In this document: in pieces, positions 36,748 through 47,719 of the stretch
How the letters are laid out: each line of letters starts with the position of its first letter
How positions within the stretch are numbered: the stretch's first letter is position 1
NCBI GenBank assembly: GCA_036744005.1
Contig: DAINOJ010000011.1
Span: forward strand, 4,282 to 68,281
Direction of reading: 5' to 3'
DNA from: Bacillota bacterium
GTDB lineage: Bacteria > Bacillota > JAAYKD01
Length of the DNA: 64,000 nt
Notes under the pieces: model-generated
Seen by the model: only the letters and a program-made list of their open reading frames with translations
Told to the model about the DNA's origin: nothing
The model's database searches: none
Translations under genes and position numbers: made by a program

Positions 36748-37662
36748 TTATGGATTGCTCATGGGTGGGACTTCATACCAAGTGGGAATACGACTTTCAC
36801 ATTGCCCAAACCAGTTCAACACGTCTTGAGCCTGATTTTTCATAACCTGTACTTCTTTTTCACCAAAGGGGATGGCCCATGGTATGGACGAAATGGTATT
36901 GGCAGCGATATAAAACAACAAATAAGAGAAAAAGATTTCTGGCGGCTCTCCTTGAAAGTACCCATGGATTTGCCCTGTCGCAAAAGCGGGACTTACCGTT
37001 GCACTCCAAACAATGCGATTAAACTCTTCCCAAGGATCTCCGTAATCGGGTCGGTTGAAGTCGATGACATAAATATTTTGCTGTTCAGAGACAATCAGGT
37101 TACCCACATGATAATCGCCATGTTGTGCAGATTGCGGTCTGTTTTGTAACAGATGTCGTTGGGTTTGCAGGTAATGAATTAGTTTCTCGTCCCCTTGAAA
37201 ACGCAACCCACAGTCTAAATAACGTTGGATCCGTGTATGGATTTTACGATTGAATCGAACTTCCCAATCTTCCTGTTCCGGTGGAGCGGGTATGGTATGA
37301 ATTTCCCGTAGAATTTGTCCGGCTTGAACACCTAACTGGTATTGCTGCACCGCAGGATACTTGGGCAACACACTTTCGACATCTTCACCCGGGGACCATG
37401 ACAATAGGGTATAGACAAATTCATCATGGCAACATCGGCCAAAATCAATCGGCTGGGACATGCGAATACCCAATTGCGAGATCGTACTCATAAACCGGTA
37501 CTCCGCTTGTTTCTTTTCGAGTTCGTCTTTCGCAGCCAGACGTAACAACAATGGCTGATTTTGATACGTCTCTATGTAATATTTACGGTCGCTGGACCAA
37601 CCTTTTAGTAGTGGTTCAACCACCCTGAAATGAGGGAATTGTTCCTTTATGCGGGAAATCAT
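36748..37662 (-). CDS. phosphotransferase-family (APH/ChoK-like) small-molecule kinase
   Basis: Brenner motif HGDYHVGN and IDFNRPDYGD (DFG-like). Confidence 0.75.
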   Translation of the reverse strand: MISRIKEQFPHFRVVEPLLKGWSSDRKYYIETYQNQPLLLRLAAKDELEKKQAEYRFMSTISQLGIRMSQPIDFGRCCHDEFVYTLLSWSPGEDVESVLPKYPAVQQYQLGVQAGQILREIHTIPAPPEQEDWEVRFNRKIHTRIQRYLDCGLRFQGDEKLIHYLQTQRHLLQNRPQSAQHGDYHVGNLIVSEQQNIYVIDFNRPDYGDPWEEFNRIVWSATVSPAFATGQIHGYFQGEPPEIFFSYLLFYIAANTISSIPWAIPFGEKEVQVMKNQAQDVLNWFGQCESRIPTWYEVPPMSNP

Positions 37663-37964
37663 ATTCGTTCGTCCTCAAACTCTGGGAACACGGGCTGCTC
37701 TGTTTCCATCCAATATTTACTTCCGTTGATTTCACGACCCAAAAAACGCAAATCATACAGTTCGCGTCGCAACAAGGCAGCATCTTCAAAGGTATGCCAT
37801 CGGTTCAAAAGCTCGTTGACCTCTTTTTCTGTATATTCTTTCATGGGTTCAAATTTAGAAGCCAGATAATACAGTGAAGCGTCTTTCAATTTTCTTTTGG
37901 TGGGGTATGCTTTTAATCTCATTTCATCGTCCAAGAAATTTCTTAATATGGTTTCTACTTTCAT
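37659..37964 (-). CDS. DUF2087 domain protein
   Basis: 101 aa. The pattern ...RLKAYP.KRK....LYYLA.KF..........EVN..L.......D...LRR.L.D..FL.R...G..Y matches a recalled DUF2087 profile. 4-nt overlap with the downstream kinase gene. Confidence 0.5.
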   Translation of the reverse strand: MKVETILRNFLDDEMRLKAYPTKRKLKDASLYYLASKFEPMKEYTEKEVNELLNRWHTFEDAALLRRELYDLRFLGREINGSKYWMETEQPVFPEFEDERI

Positions 37965-37973
37965 GATGTTCTC

Positions 37974-38918
37974 CTAACTTCTTTGTATTAATGGGAGGAA
38001 GATGGTTTTACACCACCGTTCCACGGCAGATGGGTACCATTCCTCCATAAAAAACCGATCATGTTGACAGCTTATAAAAAGTAATACAGACAAAGCCAAA
38101 AAGCTATCTCGATGGAGTGTCGGCACTTCAAAGCCACATTCGTCGAAATACCCCAAACTGACCGCGTCTTGCTGTTCCTTACTCTGATAATTCGAAGCGA
38201 TCATACCACATTCCTGTGCGCGATATCCATAACCCGATAAAGAAAAATCGATGGGGGCGAGTCCCTCTTTGGTTTGAATCAGATTCCCGAACCCCATATC
38301 GGCATGCAATAATGCCACTGAATCGGGTTCTTGGTCCAGCTTCGCCATCAGTGAGGAGATGAATTCCAGTGTGTCTTTACAAATTTTCGTTTGCTCAAGG
38401 GAAATATGACTCCTTGAGAAAGCTACATCCATTTCGTTCCTCATCCTGCCTAACGTGTTGCTGTTGTATGTTAGGCGCGCTCCGGTGAATCCTTGGGTCG
38501 CAAGATGGATTTTGGCGGCTAACTGACCAATTTCATAAGCAGACGTAATCGCTGTTTCTTTATTGAGGGGTTCGCCTTCTAACCAATGTAAAAGGCAGGC
38601 AGGGATTTCGTTATCTAAAATGGCAACAGACTCCCCGGTTTTGGTTTGAACCGGCCTTTGTACAGGAAATAAAGCGGCTTTCTCTATATGAGACAGTAAG
38701 TCCATTTCACTTTGCAATAGAGTGATCGGATCCATCGGTTCAAAGATTTTTAGCTCAAAGCCCTCACGTGGCAGACGGATTCTTAGGGCATATACTTGCT
38801 TATCCTCCACCACCTTGCATGTAATATTTTCATTATGTCTTAAAAAAGTCGTCTTCGGATTGGTTAATGGGTACCTTTGTAAGGCCTCTTCTATGTATGT
38901 TTCCACTCTTTGAGTCAT
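37974..38918 (-). CDS. phosphotransferase-family (APH/homoserine-kinase-II-like) kinase
   Basis: LHADMGFGN (HxDxxxxN) and IDFSLSGYGY motifs. Confidence 0.7.
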   Translation of the reverse strand: MTQRVETYIEEALQRYPLTNPKTTFLRHNENITCKVVEDKQVYALRIRLPREGFELKIFEPMDPITLLQSEMDLLSHIEKAALFPVQRPVQTKTGESVAILDNEIPACLLHWLEGEPLNKETAITSAYEIGQLAAKIHLATQGFTGARLTYNSNTLGRMRNEMDVAFSRSHISLEQTKICKDTLEFISSLMAKLDQEPDSVALLHADMGFGNLIQTKEGLAPIDFSLSGYGYRAQECGMIASNYQSKEQQDAVSLGYFDECGFEVPTLHRDSFLALSVLLFISCQHDRFFMEEWYPSAVERWCKTIFLPLIQRS

Positions 38919-39046
38919 AGGTCACCCCGCATTATATAAATTATGACACAATTATACCAGAACTTTGCTCTTAAAACAAGCAAAGCTCTGGTATTGTGTT
39001 TATTTCAATAAAATTACACAGAATGTTGGAAATAGTAGATGATGCG

Positions 39047-39619
39047 TTAGGCTTCGATTACTTCATCAACTATTGACCTAATGAATTGCTTTTCCGATCT
39101 TGACATATCAAACTCATAGTACTTCTCGTTTTGCTTGGTTTCTTCACACCATTTTAAGCCGATATATTTAAAGCCTGCTTTGGTTAATACTCGTTGTGAG
39201 GCCGCGTTTTTTGGATCCACCGATGCACCCACGTTGCGAATGCGTAGTGTGCTCTTGGCATATTCGATGCATGCCTGAACGGCTTCGGTAGCAAATCCTT
39301 GTCCCCAAGCATTCTTTGCTAAATGATACATGATTTCTGTGTCGTATCCTCTGCTCGGGGGATTGAAACCACAGACTCCTATGGTCTCGTTGGTATCCTT
39401 GCGAACGACTTTGAAAGGTGAAAACCCTTTTTCTTTATACATATTCATATAATACTGCAAAGCTTGAGCTTCCCTCTCTTTGGTTCCGGCACCACCACAA
39501 TACTGCATGATTTCGCTATCACCCCATATTTGATAAATCTCATCAAAATCGGTGAGTTCTAAAGTCAGATAACTTAGTCGCTCAGACTCAAACAGAATCA
39601 TTTCTTTTCCTCGTTTCAT
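39047..39619 (-). CDS. GNAT-family N-acetyltransferase (RimL/RimJ-like)
   Basis: GNAT fold motifs (..IGVCGF.. / ..WGQGFATEA). Confidence 0.8.
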   Translation of the reverse strand: MKRGKEMILFESERLSYLTLELTDFDEIYQIWGDSEIMQYCGGAGTKEREAQALQYYMNMYKEKGFSPFKVVRKDTNETIGVCGFNPPSRGYDTEIMYHLAKNAWGQGFATEAVQACIEYAKSTLRIRNVGASVDPKNAASQRVLTKAGFKYIGLKWCEETKQNEKYYEFDMSRSEKQFIRSIVDEVIEA

Positions 39620-40166
39620 AAATTTCTCGATTCATGTAATACAAGACATGTTTTCGTAAAGGACTGTCCTCGGGAAAACCTGGGTAAAAAAACTCCCCGG
39701 TTTTTTGTAATCCAATTCTCTTCATCACGTTCTCGGAAGGAACATTCAAAACCGGTGTATTGCAGTATACCTCATCAAATCCGAGTGTTTCGAAGCCTTG
39801 TTGTAAGCAAGCCATCGCTCCTTCGGTTGCATATCCCAATCCCCAAGCAGAGGGCTTTAACCTCCATCCGATTTCAATACAAGGTGAAAATTCGGCATCA
39901 ATAACCAGTTTATGAAAGCCAATGAAGCCGATAAACTCTCGATTACTCAAGGTCTCTACCGCATAGAGGCCCCAGCCATACTTTGAGAATTGAGCTTGTA
40001 TCGTGTTGATGTAGAATCGCTCGGTACTTTCCTCAGATATAAGGTTGCGAAAGTAGCGACAGACCCGTGGATCTAGATTCATTTTTTTAAACTCGGGAAG
40101 ATCTTTAGGAAACCAATCCCGTAATCTTAATCGTTTTGTCTCAAACGGTTGAATCGAATTTACCAT
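39588..40166 (-). CDS. GNAT-family N-acetyltransferase (RimJ/RimL-like)
   Basis: RLRLRDW...IGFIGF...WGLGYATEG motifs. Confidence 0.8.
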   Translation of the reverse strand: MVNSIQPFETKRLRLRDWFPKDLPEFKKMNLDPRVCRYFRNLISEESTERFYINTIQAQFSKYGWGLYAVETLSNREFIGFIGFHKLVIDAEFSPCIEIGWRLKPSAWGLGYATEGAMACLQQGFETLGFDEVYCNTPVLNVPSENVMKRIGLQKTGEFFYPGFPEDSPLRKHVLYYMNREIYETRKRNDSV

Positions 40167-40939
40167 AAGAAAGCCACCGCTCTTTTCCCTAAAATGTAGT
40201 CATCGAACACCTTTTTCCCTTTAGAAGGGGCTAACCCCGCGCAAACAAGAAGGGGTAGCAAATGCTCTTCTCGAGGATGGCAATACTTTGCATATGGAAA
40301 CTCTTTCCACTTTAAAAATGCATTCCAACGGGGTTCATACTCCTCTACGCAACAAATCTCTGACAAGAGCTCTTGAAAGTCATTGTTTTTTGGGTCTTCT
40401 TTTTCCACTCCGGAAAAGTCAAACTCTCGCATGTTATGAAAGGAGAAACCAGAACCAATGAACAGAATCTTTTCGCGTAAAAGAGGTTGCAACGCTTTCC
40501 CCAATGCCAAATGAGTGAAGGGGTCCAAATTTCGATGTAGTGATATTTGCACCACTGGTATATTTGCCTTTGGATACATCATCTTCAGAGGAATATAAGA
40601 GCCGTGGTCGTAGGGTCTTCTCGGATTTAAAGCCGCTTGGACTCCCTCACGTTTCAACAATTCCACGATTCTATTGGCTAACACCGGATGCCCTTTACAA
40701 GGGTATTGCAATTGATATGCTTCTTTTGGGAACCCGTAGTAATCATACAGGATTCCCGGTTCTTCTCCACTTTGTACTTGAATCGTATTTTCTTCCCAAT
40801 GAGCACTGAAGACGACAATCGCTTCCGGTTCTTCCAATGATTTTGGCAACTCCGTCATGAAAGCATTCATCTTGGCATGAGAAGGATCTCCTAATATGGG
40901 CAATGGACCTCCTCCATGTGAGAAATATACAATACTCAT
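40160..40939 (-). CDS. extradiol ring-cleavage dioxygenase, class III (LigB/4,5-DOPA dioxygenase YgiD-like)
   Basis: Typical DODA N-terminus (VYFSHGGGP...SAHWE), with conserved His ligands. Confidence 0.8.
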   Translation of the reverse strand: MSIVYFSHGGGPLPILGDPSHAKMNAFMTELPKSLEEPEAIVVFSAHWEENTIQVQSGEEPGILYDYYGFPKEAYQLQYPCKGHPVLANRIVELLKREGVQAALNPRRPYDHGSYIPLKMMYPKANIPVVQISLHRNLDPFTHLALGKALQPLLREKILFIGSGFSFHNMREFDFSGVEKEDPKNNDFQELLSEICCVEEYEPRWNAFLKWKEFPYAKYCHPREEHLLPLLVCAGLAPSKGKKVFDDYILGKRAVAFLW

Positions 40940-40951
40940 GTTGGTACTCCT

Positions 40952-41506
40952 TTACATCTTCTTTCTTAACTTTAGCTCAATTCCTTGAGATACCGCAGCA
41001 TCCAGAAAACTTGCTGTAAGAAAATCAGCTGCTTCTTTCTTCGTCATGGGGTTCTGCGCAGATTTCATGTTGAGGTCATTTGTAATCCTTTGTAGATCAC
41101 CCAACGGCAATAAATTAACAGCTAACCCGAACAACGTTTTGCGTCGACCTTCGTTCCAATTGTACAATAATTCTTCCAGAATAGCCCTTTTATTGCTCAA
41201 TAGTTCATGATATGCAGGTAGGCCCATAGTTTTTGCATATTCTACATCTTTCAACTGATGCTGGTGTGTAACAAAGGAGTCAAATTGTTGTATACCCTCG
41301 TATTTTGCACAGGGATATTGAGCGCAAAGAAAACAATACTCTACCTTATGTTCTACGCTGCATGCGGCAATCTTACAGCTCTGATTGCCTTCACCACCTC
41401 CGCAACCTGGACAATAGGTCCCAAGTTTCATGGGACATAACGCACAGTTTAGACCACATAAGGAGAAGTCTAAATCAGATCTTTTAAAACCCTTCAAAGG
41501 AAGCAT
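40952..41506 (-). CDS. cysteine-rich metal-binding protein (DUF3795-like)
   Basis: Multiple CxxC pairs: CGLNCALCP, CPGCGG, CKIAAC, CFLCAQYPC. Confidence 0.5.
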   Translation of the reverse strand: MLPLKGFKRSDLDFSLCGLNCALCPMKLGTYCPGCGGGEGNQSCKIAACSVEHKVEYCFLCAQYPCAKYEGIQQFDSFVTHQHQLKDVEYAKTMGLPAYHELLSNKRAILEELLYNWNEGRRKTLFGLAVNLLPLGDLQRITNDLNMKSAQNPMTKKEAADFLTASFLDAAVSQGIELKLRKKM

Positions 41507-41527
41507 CTCCTTTAAAAAAAGAATCGT

Positions 41528-42433
41528 TTATCTGAAGATCAAGGTGAAACCCTGCTGCTCATCTTGCGAAATTTTAAGATCCTCATAAGGAATGCTGAAG
41601 GTATCCCAAAGATCTAAATCACCTTCTATATATCCTTTATAGAACCAAGAAGACCGTTGTTTAGACGTGCCATGTGTAAAGCTATCGGGAACTACATACC
41701 CTTGAGTTTGCTTCTGTATACGGTCATCACCAATCGCACTAGCAGCGTTGAGTGCTTCTTCAATATCTCCCTCGTCCAACAAATCTAAATCTTCCACAAA
41801 ATGTGCCCAAACACCGGCTAAATAATCTGCTTGAAGTTCCAGTCGCACCGTCAATTGATTATTCTCTTTGTCGCTTAAACGAGGACGTAATTGCTCGATT
41901 TGCTCCATGATACCCACTTGATTTTGTACATGATGCCCCACTTCATGTGCAATGACATACGCCATGGCAAAATCCCCATTCATTTGAAACCTACTTTGCA
42001 TATCCTGAAAAAAGCTCAAGTCGATATACACTTTCTGATCTCCAGGACAATAAAACGGTCCTGTAGACGAACCCGCTACCCCACAAGCAGATTGAACAAA
42101 CTCTGAGAAAATCACTAAAATGGGTTCTTCATATTCTAGTCCCTCTTTGCTCAATAGCTCATTCCATAAGTTTTCAGTATCGGCAAGAACGACAGAAACA
42201 AAATCGACCAAATCTTCCTCTTCTTTCGAATATTGAGTGGTTGATTGTGGATATGGGTCTGTTACTTGGGTTTGATTCAAATAACTTCCAATATCTCCAC
42301 CCAGTAAAAAATATATAAGCAGAAAAACAATACCAAGGCCACCACCTATGACACTTTTTCCTCCCATAGAAGATCGAGATCTCCCTCTTCGATCCTCCAC
42401 ATTCGTACTTTCTTCTCTGCCTCTCCATTTCAT
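41528..42433 (-). CDS. YpfJ-family neutral zinc metallopeptidase (membrane-anchored)
   Basis: MKWRGREESTNVEDRRG N-terminus, a single TM, and HEVGHH. Confidence 0.8.
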   Translation of the reverse strand: MKWRGREESTNVEDRRGRSRSSMGGKSVIGGGLGIVFLLIYFLLGGDIGSYLNQTQVTDPYPQSTTQYSKEEEDLVDFVSVVLADTENLWNELLSKEGLEYEEPILVIFSEFVQSACGVAGSSTGPFYCPGDQKVYIDLSFFQDMQSRFQMNGDFAMAYVIAHEVGHHVQNQVGIMEQIEQLRPRLSDKENNQLTVRLELQADYLAGVWAHFVEDLDLLDEGDIEEALNAASAIGDDRIQKQTQGYVVPDSFTHGTSKQRSSWFYKGYIEGDLDLWDTFSIPYEDLKISQDEQQGFTLIFR

Positions 42434-42535
42434 CGCGTTTACCTCCTATCACCTCGTATATAACCACTCTTCAATGGCCAAAACAGCTTCCTCTGTCGGG
42501 TTTAGTGGTTTCAATATTAGGATGCGATCGTGAAC

Positions 42536-42949
42536 TCATAGATTTCCATTTTTGTGAAGTGATTGATTTAAGGAAGTAATAGAAAACTGCAATATCGTTG
42601 CAAACGAGACCCAGAGGAAATAAGGAATATTGACCAAAGTAACCCACGAAGCATAGGGGTAGATCACTAATAAAGACCTAAGTAGAGTCACTAACACTGC
42701 AATAATATCCAATAACGCCAGTTCATTGTTTCTACACTGAAATTGAATCGGTGTGAAAGCAATATTAAAAAACAGGTTCAAAACAAATGGCATAAGAATG
42801 GTCCATGGTATATCCTCCTGATAAAACAAAAAACCTATGTACCCAAATGAGATCATGATCACCAAATACAAAATAGACCACACTGGACCAAACCACTTAG
42901 CAGGAGGAGCCCAAGTTGGTTTCTTTAACTCATGATACCAAGAATTCAC
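42536..42949 (-). CDS. TspO/MBR-family tryptophan-rich sensory protein (short form)
   Basis: LKKPTWAPPAKWFGPVWSILY matches the TspO TM1 signature. 137 aa. Confidence 0.6.
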   Translation of the reverse strand: MNSWYHELKKPTWAPPAKWFGPVWSILYLVIMISFGYIGFLFYQEDIPWTILMPFVLNLFFNIAFTPIQFQCRNNELALLDIIAVLVTLLRSLLVIYPYASWVTLVNIPYFLWVSFATILQFSITSLNQSLHKNGNL

Positions 42950-43047
42950 ATTTGCACCTTCTTCCCTCGTGTTTCGCTTTATTCGCTACACAACATACAA
43001 AATCCTATGTGAACATCTTCATTCAAATCGATACAAAGAAATAGACG

Positions 43048-43075
43048 ATAACACGAACTTGTGATATAATTGCAC
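43048..43075 (+). promoter_or_regulatory. extended -10 promoter (TGTGATATAAT) for ABC-F gene
   Basis: TGn-TATAAT at 43058-43068, about 45 nt upstream of ATG 43116. Confidence 0.4.
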
Positions 43076-43088
43076 AGTTATTCTTTAA

Positions 43089-44699
<1,611 letters not shown>

Positions 44700-44704
44700 T
44701 TGTA

Positions 44705-44750
44705 AAAACCCCTACTACCATGCCTGTATCGGTAGTAGGGGTTCAATTTT
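44705..44750. terminator. intrinsic terminator (bidirectional context)
   Basis: CCCCTACTACC ... GGTAGTAGGGG stem plus a T run, between convergent genes. Confidence 0.55.
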
Positions 44751-44751
44751 A

Positions 44752-45252
44752 CTATATCGTTGTCAAATGCTTCTCGTATACTATTTTATGATCCCCATTA
44801 TCATAATAATCTTTGAAAATAGCGACTTCACGATACCCGTGTTTGAAATAAAATTTGCGAGCGGCAAGGTACGGTTCTCTTGATGATGTTTCAATATAAA
44901 TTTTTTCGCCTTTTTGACGCAGAATTTGATTTTCTGTCAAATGGATTAATTGGCTCCCTATTTCTCTTCGGGAATACTTTGGATCCACAACAATCCAATA
45001 TAAATCATAGCGATTTCTAGTGCATGGAATTTCCCCATAACAAGTATAACCAACGATTTGATTTTGCATATAACAAGCCACAAAATGATACCCACTTGTG
45101 CTTGCTCCTTTTAACAAATGTTCTTGTGCCAGCTCTTCTGCGATTTGCACCTCGTGATCATAAAAAGCTCCCGTATCCGAAGTGATACGTCGTATAACCC
45201 GATCATCCCCCGGTTGAAGACCATATTCGAACCGCAATTCCTGATTATTCAT
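44752..45252 (-). CDS. GNAT-family N-acetyltransferase
   Basis: Start at ATG 45252 (GGAGGT ribosome-binding site). GNAT motifs (..IGSQLI.. / ..ARKFYFKHGY). Confidence 0.75.
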   Translation of the reverse strand: MNNQELRFEYGLQPGDDRVIRRITSDTGAFYDHEVQIAEELAQEHLLKGASTSGYHFVACYMQNQIVGYTCYGEIPCTRNRYDLYWIVVDPKYSRREIGSQLIHLTENQILRQKGEKIYIETSSREPYLAARKFYFKHGYREVAIFKDYYDNGDHKIVYEKHLTTI

Positions 45253-46291
45253 CACGTACCTCCAACATGGCAAGTAGTATATCTTTGAAATTCAAACCCC
45301 ATTTTCGTGCAATGTTATGAAACCCGTAGAAACTAGGATTCGCATTGACCTCCAATACCCATACAGTTCCCCAACGATCTACTCGGAAATCTATGCGACC
45401 TAAGCCATTCAAGCCACATATTTCCCAGCATTGTAAAGCCATTTTCTGCAATTCCTCTACCAGATTGGCATCGGTATCTACGAAGTCATAACTTTCTTTC
45501 ACATGCTCATATTCAAACGTGTTCTCTGTCCACTTGGCATCATAATTGATGATTTTCTCTTTATGCCTTTGCTCAAAACCTTCAAATACCCATTCGTAAG
45601 GAGGAAGAACAGTAGGGTTATCTTTGGGACCAAAAATACACACATTGAACTCTCTTCCTTCAATGAAGTGCTCTGCAAACAAATCCAGAGACGTTTTCTC
45701 CTCAATACTTTTCATTCGCTCTTGGAGCTCCACTTGGGAATGTACAAGCAAAACCGAATCATCCTGTAAGCCAATGGAAGCATCTTCACTTGTGGCTTTC
45801 ACAATGTATTTCTGGTTCGGTATAAATCTGGTCCAATCTTCCTCTGCAATCCATGGGGAGGTTCTAACACCACGGGCTTCTAGTAGCAACTTTGTTTGAA
45901 CCTTATGGGTAGTCAACTCTAGAGAAGCAGAGGAACACCCACTAAACGGCAACCGATAGGTCTCTAAGATACGAGCGACTCGAAAAACCAAATCCTTATG
46001 ATTGGGTTCAGAATCCACAAGGTTCACCACTTTTAGGTTGGGATTCTCTACAAAATGCCGATGAATGGTTTCTATGCTCGATAGTTGAAAAGGTAGAGTT
46101 AGAACCTTATATTGCATTTCTTTTAATTCTTCCGCTATCCAAACCGCTTGAGTATAGTTATCTATGACATCTTCCGGTGATTCCTTTGTAATTTCATTGT
46201 GAAGGATCACCACCAAAGGTTTACTCCACGACTTCGAACCATACTGGATCATAGATGTTCTCCCCATTGTAATTAATTGTGATTTCCTCAC
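45245..46291 (-). CDS. ATP-grasp ligase, D-Ala-D-Ala-ligase-like (paralog A)
   Basis: Ddl-type C-terminal ATP-grasp motifs (EHFIEGREFNVCIF, GLGRIDFRVDRWGTVWVLEVNANP). Confidence 0.75.
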   Translation of the reverse strand: MRKSQLITMGRTSMIQYGSKSWSKPLVVILHNEITKESPEDVIDNYTQAVWIAEELKEMQYKVLTLPFQLSSIETIHRHFVENPNLKVVNLVDSEPNHKDLVFRVARILETYRLPFSGCSSASLELTTHKVQTKLLLEARGVRTSPWIAEEDWTRFIPNQKYIVKATSEDASIGLQDDSVLLVHSQVELQERMKSIEEKTSLDLFAEHFIEGREFNVCIFGPKDNPTVLPPYEWVFEGFEQRHKEKIINYDAKWTENTFEYEHVKESYDFVDTDANLVEELQKMALQCWEICGLNGLGRIDFRVDRWGTVWVLEVNANPSFYGFHNIARKWGLNFKDILLAMLEVRDE

Positions 46292-46595
46292 CTTCTTGAA
46301 TCTCTCTCAGCGCGATAAAGTGAATCTCTTGTTGTTCAGGGAATCGCACGAACTTCGCATTGGGTTGATAAGAATGATTATATAACGAACCATAGCCCAG
46401 TGCGATCGCTCCGGTTAGAAATTCGCTTCCCCACAAATAACAATACTCTCCCAACAGAGTCGAGCCAATACACTTCCACTCTGTTTCGTCAAAGACAAGA
46501 ACCGGGGCAATCTCAATGATTTGATGTTCCGGAATCCGTTCGTCTGTAAAAACCCCTTTACCCTTGCCTTCCATGTGCTTTATATAAATCGACAA
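46221..46595 (-). CDS. SET-domain protein (putative lysine/peptide methyltransferase)
   Basis: GKGKGVF N-terminal motif, NHSYQPN (NHSC-like) and EEITINY C-terminal motif. About 125 aa. Confidence 0.7.
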   Translation of the reverse strand: MSIYIKHMEGKGKGVFTDERIPEHQIIEIAPVLVFDETEWKCIGSTLLGEYCYLWGSEFLTGAIALGYGSLYNHSYQPNAKFVRFPEQQEIHFIALREIQEGEEITINYNGENIYDPVWFEVVE

Positions 46596-46614
46596 AGCAA
46601 ACCCTCCAAATACA

Positions 46615-47604
46615 TTATGCTTCTGCAATTATTCTGCGAATGACTTCTGTATAACTGAATCCCGCCTGTTCGGCAGCCGCAATAAAGCCGCTTTCCCGAG
46701 GGGATATACAAGGATTTGCGTTGATCTCCAGTAACCAGGGATTTCCGTTTTCGTCAATACGATAATCCAAGCGAGCATAACCCTTTAACCCAAATGCCTT
46801 CCAACAACGGATGGACAATTCAGCAAGCTGATGTAACAAGCCCTGATCTTTGTGGTCAAATTCAAAGGCAGAAATCGAATGCTGAAACTCATAACTACCT
46901 TCATCCCATTTTGCATTATAATCTAACAGTTCGAACTTCCCTTGATCCCGGTACCCCAAAAACCGAATCTCTCCGGCAGGTAGCACGACCGGATTCCCGG
47001 AATCACCGAGCATGGAAATGCCAATTTCTCTACCACTTATGTATTTCTCAGCAAAAAATTCCATGTTTGTCGATGCGTTTCTTTTTTCAATGCACTCACG
47101 CAACGAGATACACGACTCTCCTCCTACAATGGAATCTTGATGAATCCCTATCGATGCGTCTTCATAGATGGGTTTCACGATATATAAGGGGTGGGGACTC
47201 CAATGTACATAATCTTGAGTGGTCATCCAGGGTGGTGTTGGAACACCAATGGCGATGAGTTTTTCTTTGGTTAGCACTTTATTTGTAGTGATCCTCAATA
47301 CTTCAGCGGAATTGCCTGTGTACTTAAACAGATGGCTTTCTAATACACTTGGAATGAGATGATACTCTTGACCTTTTCCAAATTCGCTCTCCACTAAGTT
47401 GAAAATAAACGGTGGCTGCAAGTGGTGAAGAGAATCTATCCAGTGATCGGATGTGGGTTGAATCATCAATCGATGTGGTAGATACCCTAAGTTCTTTAAG
47501 GAAGCCTCTACCGCGGCAATTTGCTCAATCACATCTAAATCGTCTTTGGAAGCATGGATGCGGACTTGATTAAATAAAATTGGAATAGTTGGTAACGGTT
47601 GCAT
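46615..47604 (-). CDS. ATP-grasp ligase, D-Ala-D-Ala-ligase-like (paralog B)
   Basis: GYARLDYRIDENGNPWLLEINANP and EKYISGREIGISM ATP-grasp motifs. GGAGAAG ribosome-binding site. Confidence 0.75.
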   Translation of the reverse strand: MQPLPTIPILFNQVRIHASKDDLDVIEQIAAVEASLKNLGYLPHRLMIQPTSDHWIDSLHHLQPPFIFNLVESEFGKGQEYHLIPSVLESHLFKYTGNSAEVLRITTNKVLTKEKLIAIGVPTPPWMTTQDYVHWSPHPLYIVKPIYEDASIGIHQDSIVGGESCISLRECIEKRNASTNMEFFAEKYISGREIGISMLGDSGNPVVLPAGEIRFLGYRDQGKFELLDYNAKWDEGSYEFQHSISAFEFDHKDQGLLHQLAELSIRCWKAFGLKGYARLDYRIDENGNPWLLEINANPCISPRESGFIAAAEQAGFSYTEVIRRIIAEA

Positions 47605-47675
47605 TCTACTTCTCCTTCAGCATGGTACCTGTATCATATTCTCATTGAAACCGAATTTCCCTTCCATCAAACCAC

Positions 47676-47719
47676 ATAAAAAGTAGCGAAGAGCCCAAAA
47701 AGGCCTTCGCTATTTTTTT
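47676..47719 (-). terminator. intrinsic terminator after sensor GGDEF/HD-GYP gene
   Basis: AGCGAAGAGCC-caaaaa-GGCCTTCGCT hairpin with flanking A/T runs. Confidence 0.5.
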
